The position numbers and the translations under genes were made by a program. From the human T2T-CHM13v2.0 reference genome, Homo sapiens: a DNA stretch of 64,000 nt. A model generated the notes under the pieces. It was not told the origin of the DNA. It saw only the letters and a list, made by a program, of their open reading frames with translations, and ran no database searches. The stretch is taken from assembly GCF_009914755.1 (NCBI RefSeq), contig NC_060937.1. One strand, given 5' to 3'. Below, one piece after another: positions 28,309 through 42,501 of this stretch (the first letter of the stretch is position 1; every line of letters starts with the position of its first letter).

Positions 28309-28676
28309 TGTATTTACCATTTCTTCATGTACCCCATTGGCCAGAATTTAGTCTGATGTCTACATCTAGCTGCAAGGACAGAAATTTCATCTTTTTTTTC
28401 ATAGGCAGTTGCGTGGCAGATAAGTATCTGGGGTTCTTTGACTACAGAAAAAAGAAAGAGCAGATATTGAGGGACAACTAGCAGCTTCTTCCCAGGTATA
28501 GGGAAAAAGCATGTTGAAAAGGGAGTAAATAAAAGATGGCAGGCAAAGTAAGATACTCCAGATTGTAAGAGGTGGATCCCGTGGGAGACTAGGATGTGAA
28601 ATTACACTTTCCCATGAGTCTGAAAGACACGAATTCCTGCTGGGATTGTTACTTGGTTATCTCAATTGTCTTGGAA

Positions 28677-30127
28677 CAGTGGTTCTCAAACATCTTAGGA
28701 TACTTGCACTCTTACGTTATTGAGAACCCCAAAGAGCTTTTGTTTATGTGGGTTATATCTATCAATACCAATGTTTAAAATTAAAGCTGGGCAATTTTTA
28801 AGTATTTATTCATTTTTAAATAATAAATCAAATACATTAAGATAAATAACATTTATAAGAAAAATAACTATATTTGCAAAACAAAATGCATTGAGTACAG
28901 TAATTTTGGAAACCTCTTTGATGTCTGGCTTATAGAAGACACCTGGGTTCTTATATCTGCTTCTGAATTCGATCTATTGTAATGTGTTATTTTGGCTGAA
29001 GTATGTGAAGAAAATACTACCTTACAAAGATATGTATTTTCAAAAGGAAATACATATCAGAAAGTTTAACAAAGCCAGTAGGTGATACTAAAGTTGTCAG
29101 GATAAATGATGTCTATCTGGAGAGCTGGCAAGAAACAACCAAGCCCCTTGAACGCTCCTTACAGAGCAAGAACTATGATTGATATTTTCTTACTCACTTG
29201 TAAATTGCGTGATTTTAGCTCTATTTCAATAACTTTTTCAGAAGACTCTAGATATTCTTCTTTGATACTACATCAGAACTTTGCAAGTAACTTCAAGTAG
29301 TAATTTCGTAATATTCTTTTTAATAATGTGTACTTTTCCTATCCTATTACAGTAAAAGCCCTTTATATAATATCCTTGTACCTTGGCTGGATCTTCTACT
29401 TATTCTTGATTTTGTAACATCATCATTGGTCATCTGGAAAATATTGGTTCACTGAGTTATGAAGCTTCCAAATGTTGACACGTGTCATTATATAATATTT
29501 TTAAAATCACATTTGTAAATATCATCACCAATCTCATCAGATCAGTCTTTTAAGTGTCAAGGGAACCTGTCAAGTTCACAGTTTGCCAAAATTCTAATTT
29601 TCTTTCATCTGGAAGCTCCAGTTATATATTGGCAATGAATACTGGGAGTTGTTTTCCTAGAAGTGACAGGCCCACCCACATCTGAATAACCAGCTAGTTC
29701 ACTTTGCCATTCAGTCACACAAGTACTTTTCCTTGAGGCCTCCATCATAATCTCAAGTACCAGAGTGCTTTGTATGTATGTCCCGTTTATACACATACAT
29801 TATTAAAAAGACTGATGCTCAAGGGTAAAAATTTAACAAAATTAATAATTTGCACTGCTTCATCAAGGACATTCTCAAGTAAAACTGGCCATTTTTAACT
29901 GGAAGTGCATGGTGGTAAAGAGTACAATGACCACTGGTACAGTTTTTCATCACTGCCTTGTTTCTTGCCACTGTTTTACTTGTTGCTTTTGCACCATCAG
30001 TGCAAATGTCAACCTTCTGGAGAAAAGCAAATTATATCAAAACTATGGAAATAGCTTTGACTTTGTAGATTGCCTCATGAGTCTGGAGGACTCTCAGGGT
30101 TCACGGGTCACATGGTGAGAACTGCTG
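28677..30127. mobile_element. Charlie1a-like hAT DNA transposon, near full length (~1.45 kb)
   Basis: Inverted termini cagtggttctca ... tgagaactgctg and Charlie1-like internal sequence. Confidence 0.8.
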
Positions 30128-30129
30128 CT

Positions 30130-32100
30130 TTAGATAGGTGCCAGCAAGCAAATACAGCAAAACAAGGAAAATAACTAGGAGGAGAAAAAAGGAGACAAAG
30201 GGTCATTTGTTGAAGATAGGATGTCTACCCATAGTGGTTTAGCACAAGATAAACATTCAAAATCAATTCCTTATACAGTCAATAGCCCACTAGAAAATAT
30301 AATGAGAAAAAAGGACATTGTTTGATTATCTATGATTGTGTGGTATAGTATATTTACATGTAATACACAAACATATAATTCTTGGCTGAACCATGTGAAA
30401 ATTAATTGTAGGCATCTTGATACTTCAGCCCTAAATTCTTCAGCATGCAGATCTCAAAGACATTCTCATGCATAACCACATTGTAATTACCATATCAATG
30501 AAATTAATGTATAATTTCATATCATCATCTAACATCCCAAAAATGTCTTTTATAGTGGGTACCTTTTGTTTGGGATGCAGATTCAGGATCCAGGCAAAAA
30601 TGTTCCACATACTGGATTTGCCTTATTATGTTTTCTTGATTAGATTCAGGTCAAACTTGTTTGACAGGAAGGAATATTACACAGGTGATGTTTTTATACG
30701 TCTTAATTACAACAGATCAGGAGGACTTAATGTCAGGTTGCCCTTGATAAAGCTGGTGACTACCAGATCTCTCCATTATAAAGGTGCAATTTTTCAGCTA
30801 AGATATTTTTGGGAGGAATGAGATGAGAATATTGCATGCTCAATATAATAATAGTATGTAAATTTATAGTAATTAGTATGAGATTCGTGTAAGACTAAAG
30901 ACATTAGTGAGAGAATAGAGAATCAAGAATAGAGACTGGGGGAAGAAAGAGGCAGGAGGAAGGAAGGGAGTGGAGAAGGAAAGAAAACAAAAAAAAGAAT
31001 GGAGACCGACATATGTATATGAACTAACTGTGTGGAAAAAGGTCATTGTTCATACTAGTGGAGAAAGGGTGGATTATTTAGTAAGTGATGCTGATACAGT
31101 TGACTATTCATCTGTAATACTGAAAATTAAAAACTAAACATACAAAATATGAATCTTATAGGAGAAAATACAGGATAATATTTTTATAATATTGGCAAGG
31201 ATAAGGTAGAAACCTCCCTCAGCCAGGCACAAAACCTAGAAGCTATGAATGAGACAATGGCAGATTCAACCATGTCATAATAATAGTAAACTTCTACATA
31301 GAAAAAGATACCATACAAAAAGTTAACTTGTGAAAAGACAAGTGGTAGACTGGTTGAAATTATTTGCCATATATAACAGACAAAGGACTAATACTCTAAG
31401 TATTGAAAAAGCTTCTACAAATCAGTTTATAAAAAGAAAACCATATCTGTGTGTGTCTGTGTCTGTGTATGTGTATGTGTATATATCAAAACTACAAATG
31501 GCCAGTAAGTAAACATACTAACACATTTATTGAGTACTTAGCAGAGCTAGGCTCTGCTATTTTGACACTCATGTATCTGTAAACAGAATGACAAAGATTC
31601 CTGCTCTCTTGGAATTTATAATCTAATGGGGGTGGGAGTGCATGCATAGGTATTTATATTCCTCTTAAATAGCACTTAAATTTCACCATTAGATTGGCAG
31701 AAATGAAAGAGGCAGTAATCCAGTGGAGATGAAGGGATGTGGAAAGGGGTGCAGTGTTGTGCTTCAGGCAGTGGTGTGGTTTGCTCTGTGCAGGGCCATG
31801 GGCAAAATGTTGAGTCACAGTTCTCTGTGCCCCTTTACCCAGGATCTCTGCTCCCAGTAATCCCTCTTTCATAGAACTTAATAAATGTGTGCAGACCTAA
31901 GTACAGAATTATTGTAGCACATTTTGATAGTAAAAAAAAGGGAAGCAGTCCAAATGTCCATAGATAGGAAAATGCTTAAATAAACTGTGGTACATCCTAC
32001 TGTTGAATATTTTACAGTCACTAAAAAGAATTGGTCAGCACTATATGAATCCTTGTGAGAAAATATCTACTATGTATGTGAAAACCTGAGTTGTGGATCA
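30130..32100. mobile_element. Old L1M fragments (mixed), with a short L2 piece near 31520-31630
   Basis: L1 ORF2/3' motifs (aaatgtccatagataggaaaatgcttaaataaactgtggtacatcc). Confidence 0.55.
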
Positions 32101-32357
32101 ATGCATGTAATCCTCTATTGGCCAGGTCAGGGAAGGCCATGGGACCCCGTAACGCATAAAGGTCTGTGAGAAGTTAGGCCTCCTAACAGTGAGCACTAAG
32201 GGGAGCATGAGAAGCAGGGAATGCTATCCATTGTAACCCTCTACCAGGGGCTCTGTTACAGTAATATATAACAAATATGTCTTCTATTTATCACTTTTTA
32301 ACAGAGTTTTTTTAATTAGAAAATAATCTGGAGAGGTTTTTAAAAATACAGATCTCC

Positions 32358-32691
<334 letters not shown>

Positions 32692-33179
32692 CTAGGGCAT
32701 TCTGATAGAGAAGTCTAAGATCGGTCCTACAGGTTTTTTGTTTGTTTGTTAGTTTTTTAAGCTTACTAGAAGATCTCATCAATCAAGTTTGGGAAGCACT
32801 GCTCTGAACAATTGAGCAAGTCAATCCCATAGAAGACTTCACTTCATTAAAAATAAAAAGTTTATCTGCATTTTTCTCTATCTCTCTCATAATGTTCACA
32901 TTTTGATTCTTGATCTGTGTTGCTCTGGAAGCAGGAATCTCTGGGTACTTGCTTATTCCAGGGGCAACTGTTTTTTCCTAGCCAGAGTTCAGTCCAGCAG
33001 TTCAGCACACCCAAACAGATATGGGCTATGAAAGGAGGTCTGGACCCATGACAACCGTGGCTTGCTTCTACTCACTAGTGCTGGGACAAAGGGCACCTGC
33101 CCTTCATCTGCTCGTTCTGGAAGATCACCTGGTTTCCATTTATTTAAATAAGTGTATGTGAGAAACTTTTAACCACTAG

Positions 33180-33350
33180 TCATTAGTTCTCAAATTTATC
33201 TGCACATTTGGAATCACCTGGAAAGCTTCAAAAAATACTGATGCCTGTGCCCCACTATCAGTGATTATGAACTTGGGGTGTGGCCTGGGCTTTGGAGTTT
33301 TAAAGAGCTACCCGGGTGATTCTAAAGTGAACACAAATTTGAAAAACATT
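33180..33350. mobile_element. MER5-type hAT-Charlie MITE
   Basis: gttctcaaattt...gaatcacctgg...gggtgattct...aaatttgaaaaac palindromic layout. Confidence 0.75.
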
Positions 33351-35015
33351 TTACTAGTCCCTTTTGTTTTATTAAAAAGAATGATACCAGCCTGCTCTGC
33401 AGAATCCAGAACAATCCTACACCTCGGCCAGAGGCAGACAGCTCCTCTGCACTGAAATAGCACTTAGGTAGCCTGGCCAGGTGTTCAGCCACAAGAGTCC
33501 CAAGACCCATCGCTGTGGAGTGGACTTCTTGGACAGTTCTTAAAAGAGTAGCAATCTGTTGTTCACTAGTGGCCATGGCCTGTTTTTTTCTAAGTATCTA
33601 GAAGACCTTTTATTTGCTTTAAAATTTAAAATAGAACTAGAGTGAGTGGTATTATTTTTTTCATTTTGGATATTCCATAAGAAATAGATGGTTGAGCAGT
33701 TGCCAGAGAGAGATTGCTGATCTAAAGAAAATGCAAGTGGGATGCCATTTTTTATTTTATAAAGAAAGAGACCATTTGGTGCTATATTCTTCCTTGGATG
33801 TATTTCAGCAAAAGAATCTCTTTAGAAGCTGTTGTTGACAGATGCTTTAGGAGAAGCTGAAATATTGGCTCATATGACTTCCTTTTAGTCAACATAAAGG
33901 AATTTATAAGCATAAATTTCAGAAATTTGCCCAGCTTCATTGTCTACAAAGCTGTTTTAATTCTGGTCACATTCACTTTAGCTTATCTACTGCCCAATAT
34001 AATTTCTGAGTCTAGTGCCTGTGGAACTTCAGCCTTATACTTGGAAAAGCTTATATTTTGGCAAAATAAATCCTAAAGGTTGAATTGAGAGAAAATGATT
34101 CTTGAGTTCTCTTAACCCAATTGTTTTAAGGGGAATGACTTTTTTTTATGCTTTTCTGTTTGGATTGAGAGTCAATCTAGAGATATGGAAGGAAGTCACC
34201 CATCTTGTTCTTCCAGTTTATGTCATCAACTGTTGATTATTGGAAACTAAATAATTTCTCCAGTCTTTATCCAGACATGTGTTTATTTATTTATATAAAT
34301 ATTCACAGGGCACCAGCAGGTATGTTAAGAGGCTGATCATGGACAGCAGTAAAGAAGACTCACTTTCCTGGCCTTAAAGTTTTTAATCCCCTGGTGGATA
34401 CAGAAACAAGCATCAAGTGATCACAGTGTGGCATGCCACACTGACTGTGTTAGAACCAATGAGGAGGGGAGCAAGGGCTCACATCTCAGACGATTCATGG
34501 AGGAGGCTCTTGGCAATATTTTCAGGCCACAGAGATCCAAAGCCTTTATACGTATAGAACATGAAACCCAAAGAGTTTTCCTAAAGCCCTGGCTAGCGAA
34601 TTGCTGATGGGACTATAACTTTGCTTTCCTATCTGTCACTTAACACTCCTTGTATGGCATCACTTCTCTCTGTGGATTATTGTCTGATAACATGCTGAAA
34701 TGCCAATGCTTACTGCCCCTGCTTCCCACATTCCTTTCATATCCAGTTATGAAAGTGAATGAGAGAGCCCTGAATGTGTTACTGTTAGAGCACATATCTA
34801 TGTAAATGATTTGCGTTGCTGAGGGAGCTGGAGGCCGAGGATTATAGCCTTGCAAACTGTCTCAGTGTGTTACTATTCACGTATCTGCTTCTGAACTTTG
34901 ACTTCCCCTACCTTCTGTTCCTCTTGGTAGTCTCCAAAGACAGAGACACATAAACAGATAGCTTGGTATGTATCTTTGCTACAGTGCTTAGCATAATGCG
35001 TTGCATATCTCAGGT

Positions 35016-35070
35016 GTATATATATATATATATATACACACACATACACACACACACATACATATACAGA
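35016..35070. repeat. (TA)n(CA)n compound microsatellite
   Basis: Direct reading. Confidence 0.95.
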
Positions 35071-37689
35071 CAAACACATGTCAATGATTTTTTATTACTT
35101 TTAGGTACAATGTTGGAGACAGTCATTGAACACCCACTGTGAGCCTCAGGACTGTTGTACACAGTAATTAAGGGTTAACAGCTTACTAATAGGGATTATA
35201 ACACCATAAAAAGCATTTTTCAGGTGGCCACATGCTGAGGCATTTGATTGCCAAATTATAAACTGTAGCACCATGGGTGGTTTTGGTAGTTGTGGCAGCA
35301 TTAAACAACAAAATGAGTTGTAATCAACCACAGCATCAAGATAAAAAATATTCCCCTTGTTTCATGCAGAGTTGGGAGAGTTAGGCCTCTGCTTCAGTCT
35401 TTCTAGATGCATTATTCCAGACCTACATCCATGAGAGTGCAAAGACACGTACAGAATGGAAGATACGCTATTTGCTAGTATGGGAATGGATTTGTCCATA
35501 GAATAAAAGAACGCATTGAAGTGCACTGCATGGAAACTTGCTTCCATGACTCCAAGGTGTCTATTCCCTAACCATAAAAATAATTCTTATTTCCCACTAC
35601 CTGTTCGACTTCACACATCTCAGAGTCAGGCATGTTTAAGGGACTCTCCACCTTTGTCCTTGGCTGTGTTGGTGACTCTCCTGGGCTCCTGAGTGGCCAG
35701 CTGTTCTCAGCAGACCTGTCACTGTGTGTGCATCTGCTGCTTCATGCCTGTCCTGGATGAGGAGCCTTAGCCACAGCGTGCTGACAAGCTTTTCACCTGC
35801 GGTTTCTTTCTTGACTGCTCTGTTAATTGGCCATCTGGTTGGACTGCAGTGAGTCTTTCTCTGCTCCACTCTCTCTGCCCCTTTCCAGACTCCCTGCTTC
35901 CAGTCTGGCTCCGCATCTTACTAGCTTGGGATGTGGATAGGCGCTGTACCTTTTTTCTTTTCTTTCCTTTCGGATGACGGCTGTGGAGATGAAATGAGGC
36001 AACATTGGTAATGGAATAGCACAAGGTAATTGTGTCTTCAATGTACCCTGTTGGCTGGCGATCCTGTGTCACTCTCAGATAGGTCCTATTCAGGAAATAT
36101 TTTAGAAGCAAAAGGTAGCAGGTCTAAATCTGTGGAAAGTTAGATACTACTACCTCTATCCTTCAGCAAGAGAGACAAAAAAGATGAAAAGCTTATAATT
36201 CTAGCCCCAGTGAGTCTTCATCTCTCCAGTGGCAGATTCTTGAGCAGTCAGCCTTTCCCATGGCATGTGGAACCCTTCCATCACAGCCTCTGAGCCCACA
36301 GGTTTCAAAGTGAAGGAAATTGCTTTCCTTTTAAAGTTTAACCTGGATAGAATGCCAGATCTCAAATCTGACATTGTGTCATGGGTACTTTCCAAAGCAG
36401 ATTTAACCAGTCTCATGATATTTAGGGTTTATATCCATTTATGTTGTTAGCACCTTAAATCTGGCTCTTACCATGTGAGCTAGCATAACTTTCTAGAAAC
36501 AAAAATAAACTAAATATAAAAATAACTAGCCAGGGTGAGAAAGTCGCCCCCCAGGTCAGAGCTAAGACAGGAAATCAGCTGCCCTGTCCTGTGGCCTCCT
36601 CCAGTCCTTCCCCCAGCACACCTTTTGGGCATAGACAGTGACAGACAGTGCAGACACAGCAGGCAGCCGTGGCCTATGATCTTATGCTCAATTTCAGGGC
36701 TCAGATGGTTACCCTAAAGCTGATACGAGAAAAGCCAGGAATGGTGGAGTGTCTAATGCCAGTTTATCATGTCATCTCAAATACTGTGGAAGATCGGGGG
36801 AGGCGGGAAATGGCAGTAAGAAATAATTTCCTAATGTGATGAATGAGAAGAGTGAACTTTTCTAAAGAATTAATGTACAGAGCATGAGCAGAGGATCCTA
36901 AAACTGGAAGGGACTCTAGAGATCACCTACCTACTTCAACCGTTAGTTTTACGTCTGAGGACAGAGGCCTAGAGGGTTTGTGGAACAGTTGGAAATACAA
37001 ATGATAAGCTCAAAGGTAGTATGTAGTAGCCTCTTGATCCCGGTGGCAATGGAGAATTGAGATAGCCGGGAATCTGAAACTTCTACAAATACAAATCTAA
37101 CCATGTTAAAAGTACCAAAACTTTTAAATTTTAACCCTTTTTTTGGAAACTTATGTAAAATGTCTCATTAACTTTTAATGATGGCTTACTTTTTTCTTAA
37201 TCTTTTCTTTCATAGAGATTCTACTCTGTTCTTGATTAACTTATTATCACAGGTGATTTGAGGCTTTGGGATATCTTGAGTTGCCATCTTGCAAAAATTC
37301 CGGATGTATTAGCCTATTTGAGAGCTATGTGTACTCTTTCTCATGAAGAGAGAGTAAAATAATATATGTCCACCATCCTTTTTCTAAAACCTTTGTATCC
37401 AAATAAGTCTCTAATTTTAGATATTTTTACATTTTAGAAAGGTATTACAGCACAGATAGCATGTACTAGACACCCCCCCCACCACTACTCTGTACTTGTT
37501 CAACATGGTATCATTTCTTCAGCAAAACATGAATGTTTATATTAAATGGGATAAAGACTATATAAATAGCCCAAAGTCAGGTCAGATCAAGTTTTGCTGC
37601 CAAACAAACTTTGGTGTCATAAAAATAACTTGGTTTTAATAGGTTTTTAAATTTTGGAATTAGGGATAAGAAATTGTGGACCTGTAGGT

Positions 37690-38095
37690 AACATTTGTTG
37701 CAGTTTGCTGTATGCCAGATACCATGCTAAATGCCTTATACATTATCTCATTAAATCCTCACAATAACTTTATAAGGTAGATACGTCTGTTATTCCCATT
37801 TTGCAAGTGGGGGAAACGAATGCAAAGAGGAGTTAAGTAACTTGCTTGTGATCACACAGCTAATTAAATAGTAGGCTGTGAACCAAAACTGAAATTAACC
37901 AAATGCCTTTATGTGTCAGGCATTGTTCTGAGTACTTTACATGTTCTCATTCATTTGATCTGCATGCAACCCTTTAAGATAGTCGCCATTATTATCCCCA
38001 CTTAACAGCTAAGAGGCAGCAGGGAGATTACATAACATGCCCAAAGTCCAGTCTGTTAGTGTGATTCCAGAGCATGTGTGCCCAGCCACTGTCTC
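37690..38095 (-). mobile_element. Two adjacent MIR SINEs
   Basis: attatctcattaaatcctcacaataac...cccattttgcaagtgggggaaac, with a second copy from about 37900. Confidence 0.75.
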
Positions 38096-40795
38096 ATGTA
38101 GTGTGATTTCTTAGCAATGAAACAACCAACTGTGAGATTCAGCAAAATTAATTTCTACCTTAAAGGCCAGAGAAGCTCTCCCCACTGATTCCCTCAGACA
38201 TTGGTTTTGATGTTGCCGTCCTTAGACTTGGATCTATTCTGTGCAGATTTTGGAATTTCTTTATATAAAATGATTTACTATATGTACCTTCACATCTGCT
38301 TGCAACTACTGTATCTCATTGCCCTGCCCTATTTATTAGTAGAGTGTGAATGAGCACTTGTCATCACTTCTAAAATGTGTACTGGCATGCCTGGGAGATG
38401 TCTGACTTTCAAACCCCACCTCCACCCCACCCCAGTAAACCAAGATCTCCTCAGGCCACCCTTGGCTATTTACCTAGAATAGAATCCCAGGCATAACCAA
38501 CATTAAAAAACTGCATCTCTGATGTTAAAAGAGATGTAAATGCCAGTTTTCTTGTGGAATTATTCTATAAAACCATCTCATTCTCTGGCTAACTCTTTGG
38601 GTCACTATGTTGAGTCAGTGGGTTACACTAGCAGTTGGAAGATAGGTGCAGTCCCCTCTGCCTCTTGGCGTGAATGCTGCAGTTAGTAGCAGGGCTTTGC
38701 TCACCTCGAGGAAGCATTTGGTTTTAAAGATGATCTGACATTGAAAACAGCAAAATAGAGTGGAATTCACCAGTAGTTACCAAAGGTTTTGTTCTGAGAT
38801 CCTGGATTACCATCACGTCTGGGAAAAGTACCCTTCCTTGTTGTTTAATGCAGAGAAGAACTGGCCAGTTTACCACCACTGAGATGGCCCACTTCAGTGA
38901 AAAGACCCCAGAATTCTTCTGTTGCTGGACATGTTTCACCAGCTACTCCTAGCCCTATATATCCAAGAGACATATGTAGTTCATTTGTCTATAAAAAAGA
39001 TTTTGCTCTTGTAGTAAGCACCAGGCCACCATTGCCAAAGATAGGCCCTCTAAGCTTTTTACTCTCTGTGATGGAGGGTAGTTTTTCCTGTAGGCTGTCT
39101 GTGTTATGCTGTTTTGGAACATGCCAGTGTTTAATACTGTTCTGAATCATTGCTGAGTTTGCAACTGCAGTGGGTCAAGTGTCTTCACCAAAGCAACGCC
39201 TGCATTCAGTAGTACCCTGTCAGACCCTGCAGGAGAACTCGGCTTGCCTCTCATCACGTGCCTGTCTTCCCGCACAGGAATGTCCTAATGCCAGCGTGCC
39301 CCCAGGAGGTAGAAATGTCTTTACCTTGAGACTACTAAGGCAGCGTAATGCTGGTGTACCTTTTCTGGAAGCTCTGTGAAGCTCTATAGTTCGTACTTGC
39401 AGAACTGTTTTTTCTTTGTTTTTGCCTTTCTTCTTTGCCCTTCGTCTCATTCACTGTGGCTTCTAAACTCCAGAGCTGTCACCACCTCTGAATGTTCCCA
39501 CTATTTCTGTTGCACTCCACTGTCCTTTTCTTAAATTTTCTAATTTTCCACTGTCCTTTTCTAAGTTTCTCCTTGTTCTAGTTCATTCCTTTGTCACTTT
39601 TCTGGCCTGACCATTTTTCTCAGATATTTTCTCTGTCCTTGTAGGCTCAAGAGCTACCTATTTGCAGCAGGAGGTATTTTCTTGTTTTTCTTCCTTTTAC
39701 TTCCAGATTCAGTGCCATTTTGGTTTTCTGAGATGGTCTGACCTCTGTGAGTGAGGCTATGCTAATGCCTGACTGCTTATACTTCACCTGTACAGTACTA
39801 GTCCACACAATTCCTATGTGGAGTGTTGTTGGCTTGATTTTGAAGTATTGTTTGGGGTTCTCTGTAAATCAAAGTTTTATAGAAATGTGGCTATTCTACA
39901 TTCGTTTTTGTTTAATACCAGCCACCCTGAATAACATGATTTTGAGAATCAGCATACTCCTAAAGTAGCCCATCATATGGCAGACACCTCAAGGCTAAGA
40001 GAAATATGAACGTTCTCATTTGTATAGGGTCATCTTTTTGAAAATGAAAGATTTATTAACACCTGAAAAAGATAATACATAGTATATAAGTAGATCTAAG
40101 CACATTAATTAGCAATTTGATTGGTTGCAGCCTCTCCTAGGTAAACTTGAATCATGAAGGTACTGAAATATATCCTGCACAGAAATTCACCAGGGCAGGA
40201 GATTGAGTAAAGTGCTCCTCCACAGAGCATAGCCTGGCATCCTGAAATAGAAGTGTAAGAATTTTTTTAAGTAAAAGATTATTGCATATTTATGGATTCT
40301 TTACACAATTTTTTTATTCTATAGTAGATCCTTTAGCTCCTGTATTTAATATACAGCAGAATATACTTTTTAGTTTCCTTGGAAAGGAACAGTTTTCACT
40401 GTCTGGTAATAAAACGCAAGATGCAATAAATTTAATCCAAAATAAGTTACAGTAAAATAGGGCACTTACTAGTTTGAAAGAAAATATTAAATGATTCTGT
40501 TAGTTCACAGTGTGGTCAATACCTGTACATATGAACTTCAGTAGGAAATTTAGTCCCAGGAAGGAAGAAAGGTTTAAAGTGTTCCAGCCAGTCTTGTCTC
40601 AAGAATTCCAATCGTCTTTTTTTTTCCTCCCTGGTACTCAGAGTTTACACTAGGTGGCATGCAAGGAAAGCTAACAAATTCAGAAACTCGATTCTGTGGG
40701 AGCAGGATTCTTTGGTACTAATCACGATAGTGGGTCCAGCTTTGGAGTTAACCATTTGATTTGTGATGGTTTTTCTTTTCTCCTCCCCACCCCAG

Positions 40796-41063
40796 GATGA
40801 AGTGTCCTCTTGCTAGCACCAATAAAAGATTTCTAATTAACACAATTAAAAACACATTGCCCTCTCATAAAGAGCAAGACCATGAACAAAAAGAGGGCGA
40901 TAAGGAACCAGCCAAGAGCCAGGCCCAGAAAGAAGAAAACCCAAAGAAACACAGAAGCCATCCTTACAAGCACAGCTTCCGCGCTCGAGGTTCCGCCAGT
41001 TACTCCCCGCCACGAAAGCGGAGCAGCCAGGACAAGTACGAAAAGCGGTCCAACCGGCGGTGA
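40796..41063 (+). CDS. POLR1D: POLR1D isoform-2 terminal coding exon: (W)MKCPLASTNKRFLINTIKNTLPSHKEQ...SYSPPRKRSSQDKYEKRSNRR*
   Basis: Strong acceptor ttttcttttctcctccccaccccag (AG 40794-95). Matches ORF-track 40797..41063, with TGA at 41061-63. CpGs are locally retained, and the peptide is recognised. Confidence 0.95.
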
Positions 41064-41340
41064 GGCTGGAACCAGGGCCAGCCAGCCCTGCGGGCCTCCG
41101 TGCTCCTTCGGGGTGCGGTGTGCGGAGAAGGCCTGAGCTGGCAGGGCAAACACCTGAGAGTGACTTTGACATTAGGTCCTTTGTTGTTTTTAAAGAGGCT
41201 GCTGGCCACAGGCAAAAAAAATGACCTAGCAACTCTTGAGGAAACAAGTGCAAAGGAGGATGTCTTGGCAAGTTTAAGCTACTTCTGCAGTGTAGTAGAC
41301 TTACATATTGTTGTTTATCTTGTTTGGAAGTGTGTTTCAA

Positions 41341-41346
41341 AATAAA
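41341..41346 (+). terminator. Proximal poly(A) signal AATAAA (a second one at 41416-41421)
   Basis: Canonical hexamers followed by T/GT-rich sequence. Confidence 0.55.
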
Positions 41347-42501
41347 CATGTCTAGAATTTAAAGTTTTCAGAGATTGTTAAAACTGGTTCCAATTTTTTG
41401 GTCATTTCTCAGAAAAATAAAATACTTATAAATCCTATATTTTACTTTTTGGGGGTATTACATTTAAAATTTAGAAATCATCAGTCCAGTGACCATATTT
41501 ATGAAAAGCTGTAGCCCTCCAAGGTCTGGGAATTTATCGAGAAGCTCTTTGATAGCTCTGCATTTGTTTTCCCTTAGGTGAACAATGTAGGAAATCCTCA
41601 AAGTGGCTTTGAATTTAATGCTCCACTTCAGTTACCAGAGGTTAAAAATGGGTTTTGTTGTTTCCTGTGCATTCTCAAACTCATTTATTAGATAGAACAA
41701 TCTTTCTATATTTAATTTTTTTAATATATAGGTCTTAAGTGGTGCTTTAAAAAGAACCCTCACAAGTTAAAAATTAAGAGTTGTTTCAGTGCTAGATCTT
41801 GCCAGCTAAAGACTTGTGATACCACTATATAGTATAGTTGTTCCAGAAATCTTCATTTTAAATAGAAGTGTTTACAATGCCTTTTTTCCCCCAGTATTGG
41901 TTTTCAATACCTGTTTTCATATACAATTACAAACCTTTCAAACCTGTATTCCTTCTTTATACTCAGGAAAATGTCACCAAGCACCCTCCTCCCCAGTTCA
42001 CAAAAGGAAGAAGATGAAGATTCTGTCTCCCTGCTCCCCCTCCCCAGTTTTCCAAAGTGTCTGAGCATATGCCTGGCTGTCCTCAGATCATCACCATGCC
42101 ACATCCCTGCTCCCTACTTCCTGGCAGCCAAGAAAAGCCCTTTCTACATGCTAGAAGGAAATACATCCAAAAAGTTAGCATTGGAGTGTTAGAAACTAGA
42201 ATAGACCTCTCCGCCACCGAGCTGCTGTGTCACGCCCTCAGCCTGCTAGGGAGTGACAAGCCCAAGTCATTCTTGATCCACCCCTTCTCCCACCCCAGAT
42301 CCCAGGGACTCATCCTGTGACTTTGTAACCACACTCATTCCTTTCAAACACAGAGGAGGAATTATTGCTTCATCTGACTTTATTCAAATCTAGTTATGTA
42401 TTGGCCTAAATTATTTGTGCAAAATTTGAAATGTTTTTTATTTAAATATTAGAAATAGCACAAAGTCATGGAGTTTTTAAAAATTGTTATAATTAAGTAA
42501 A

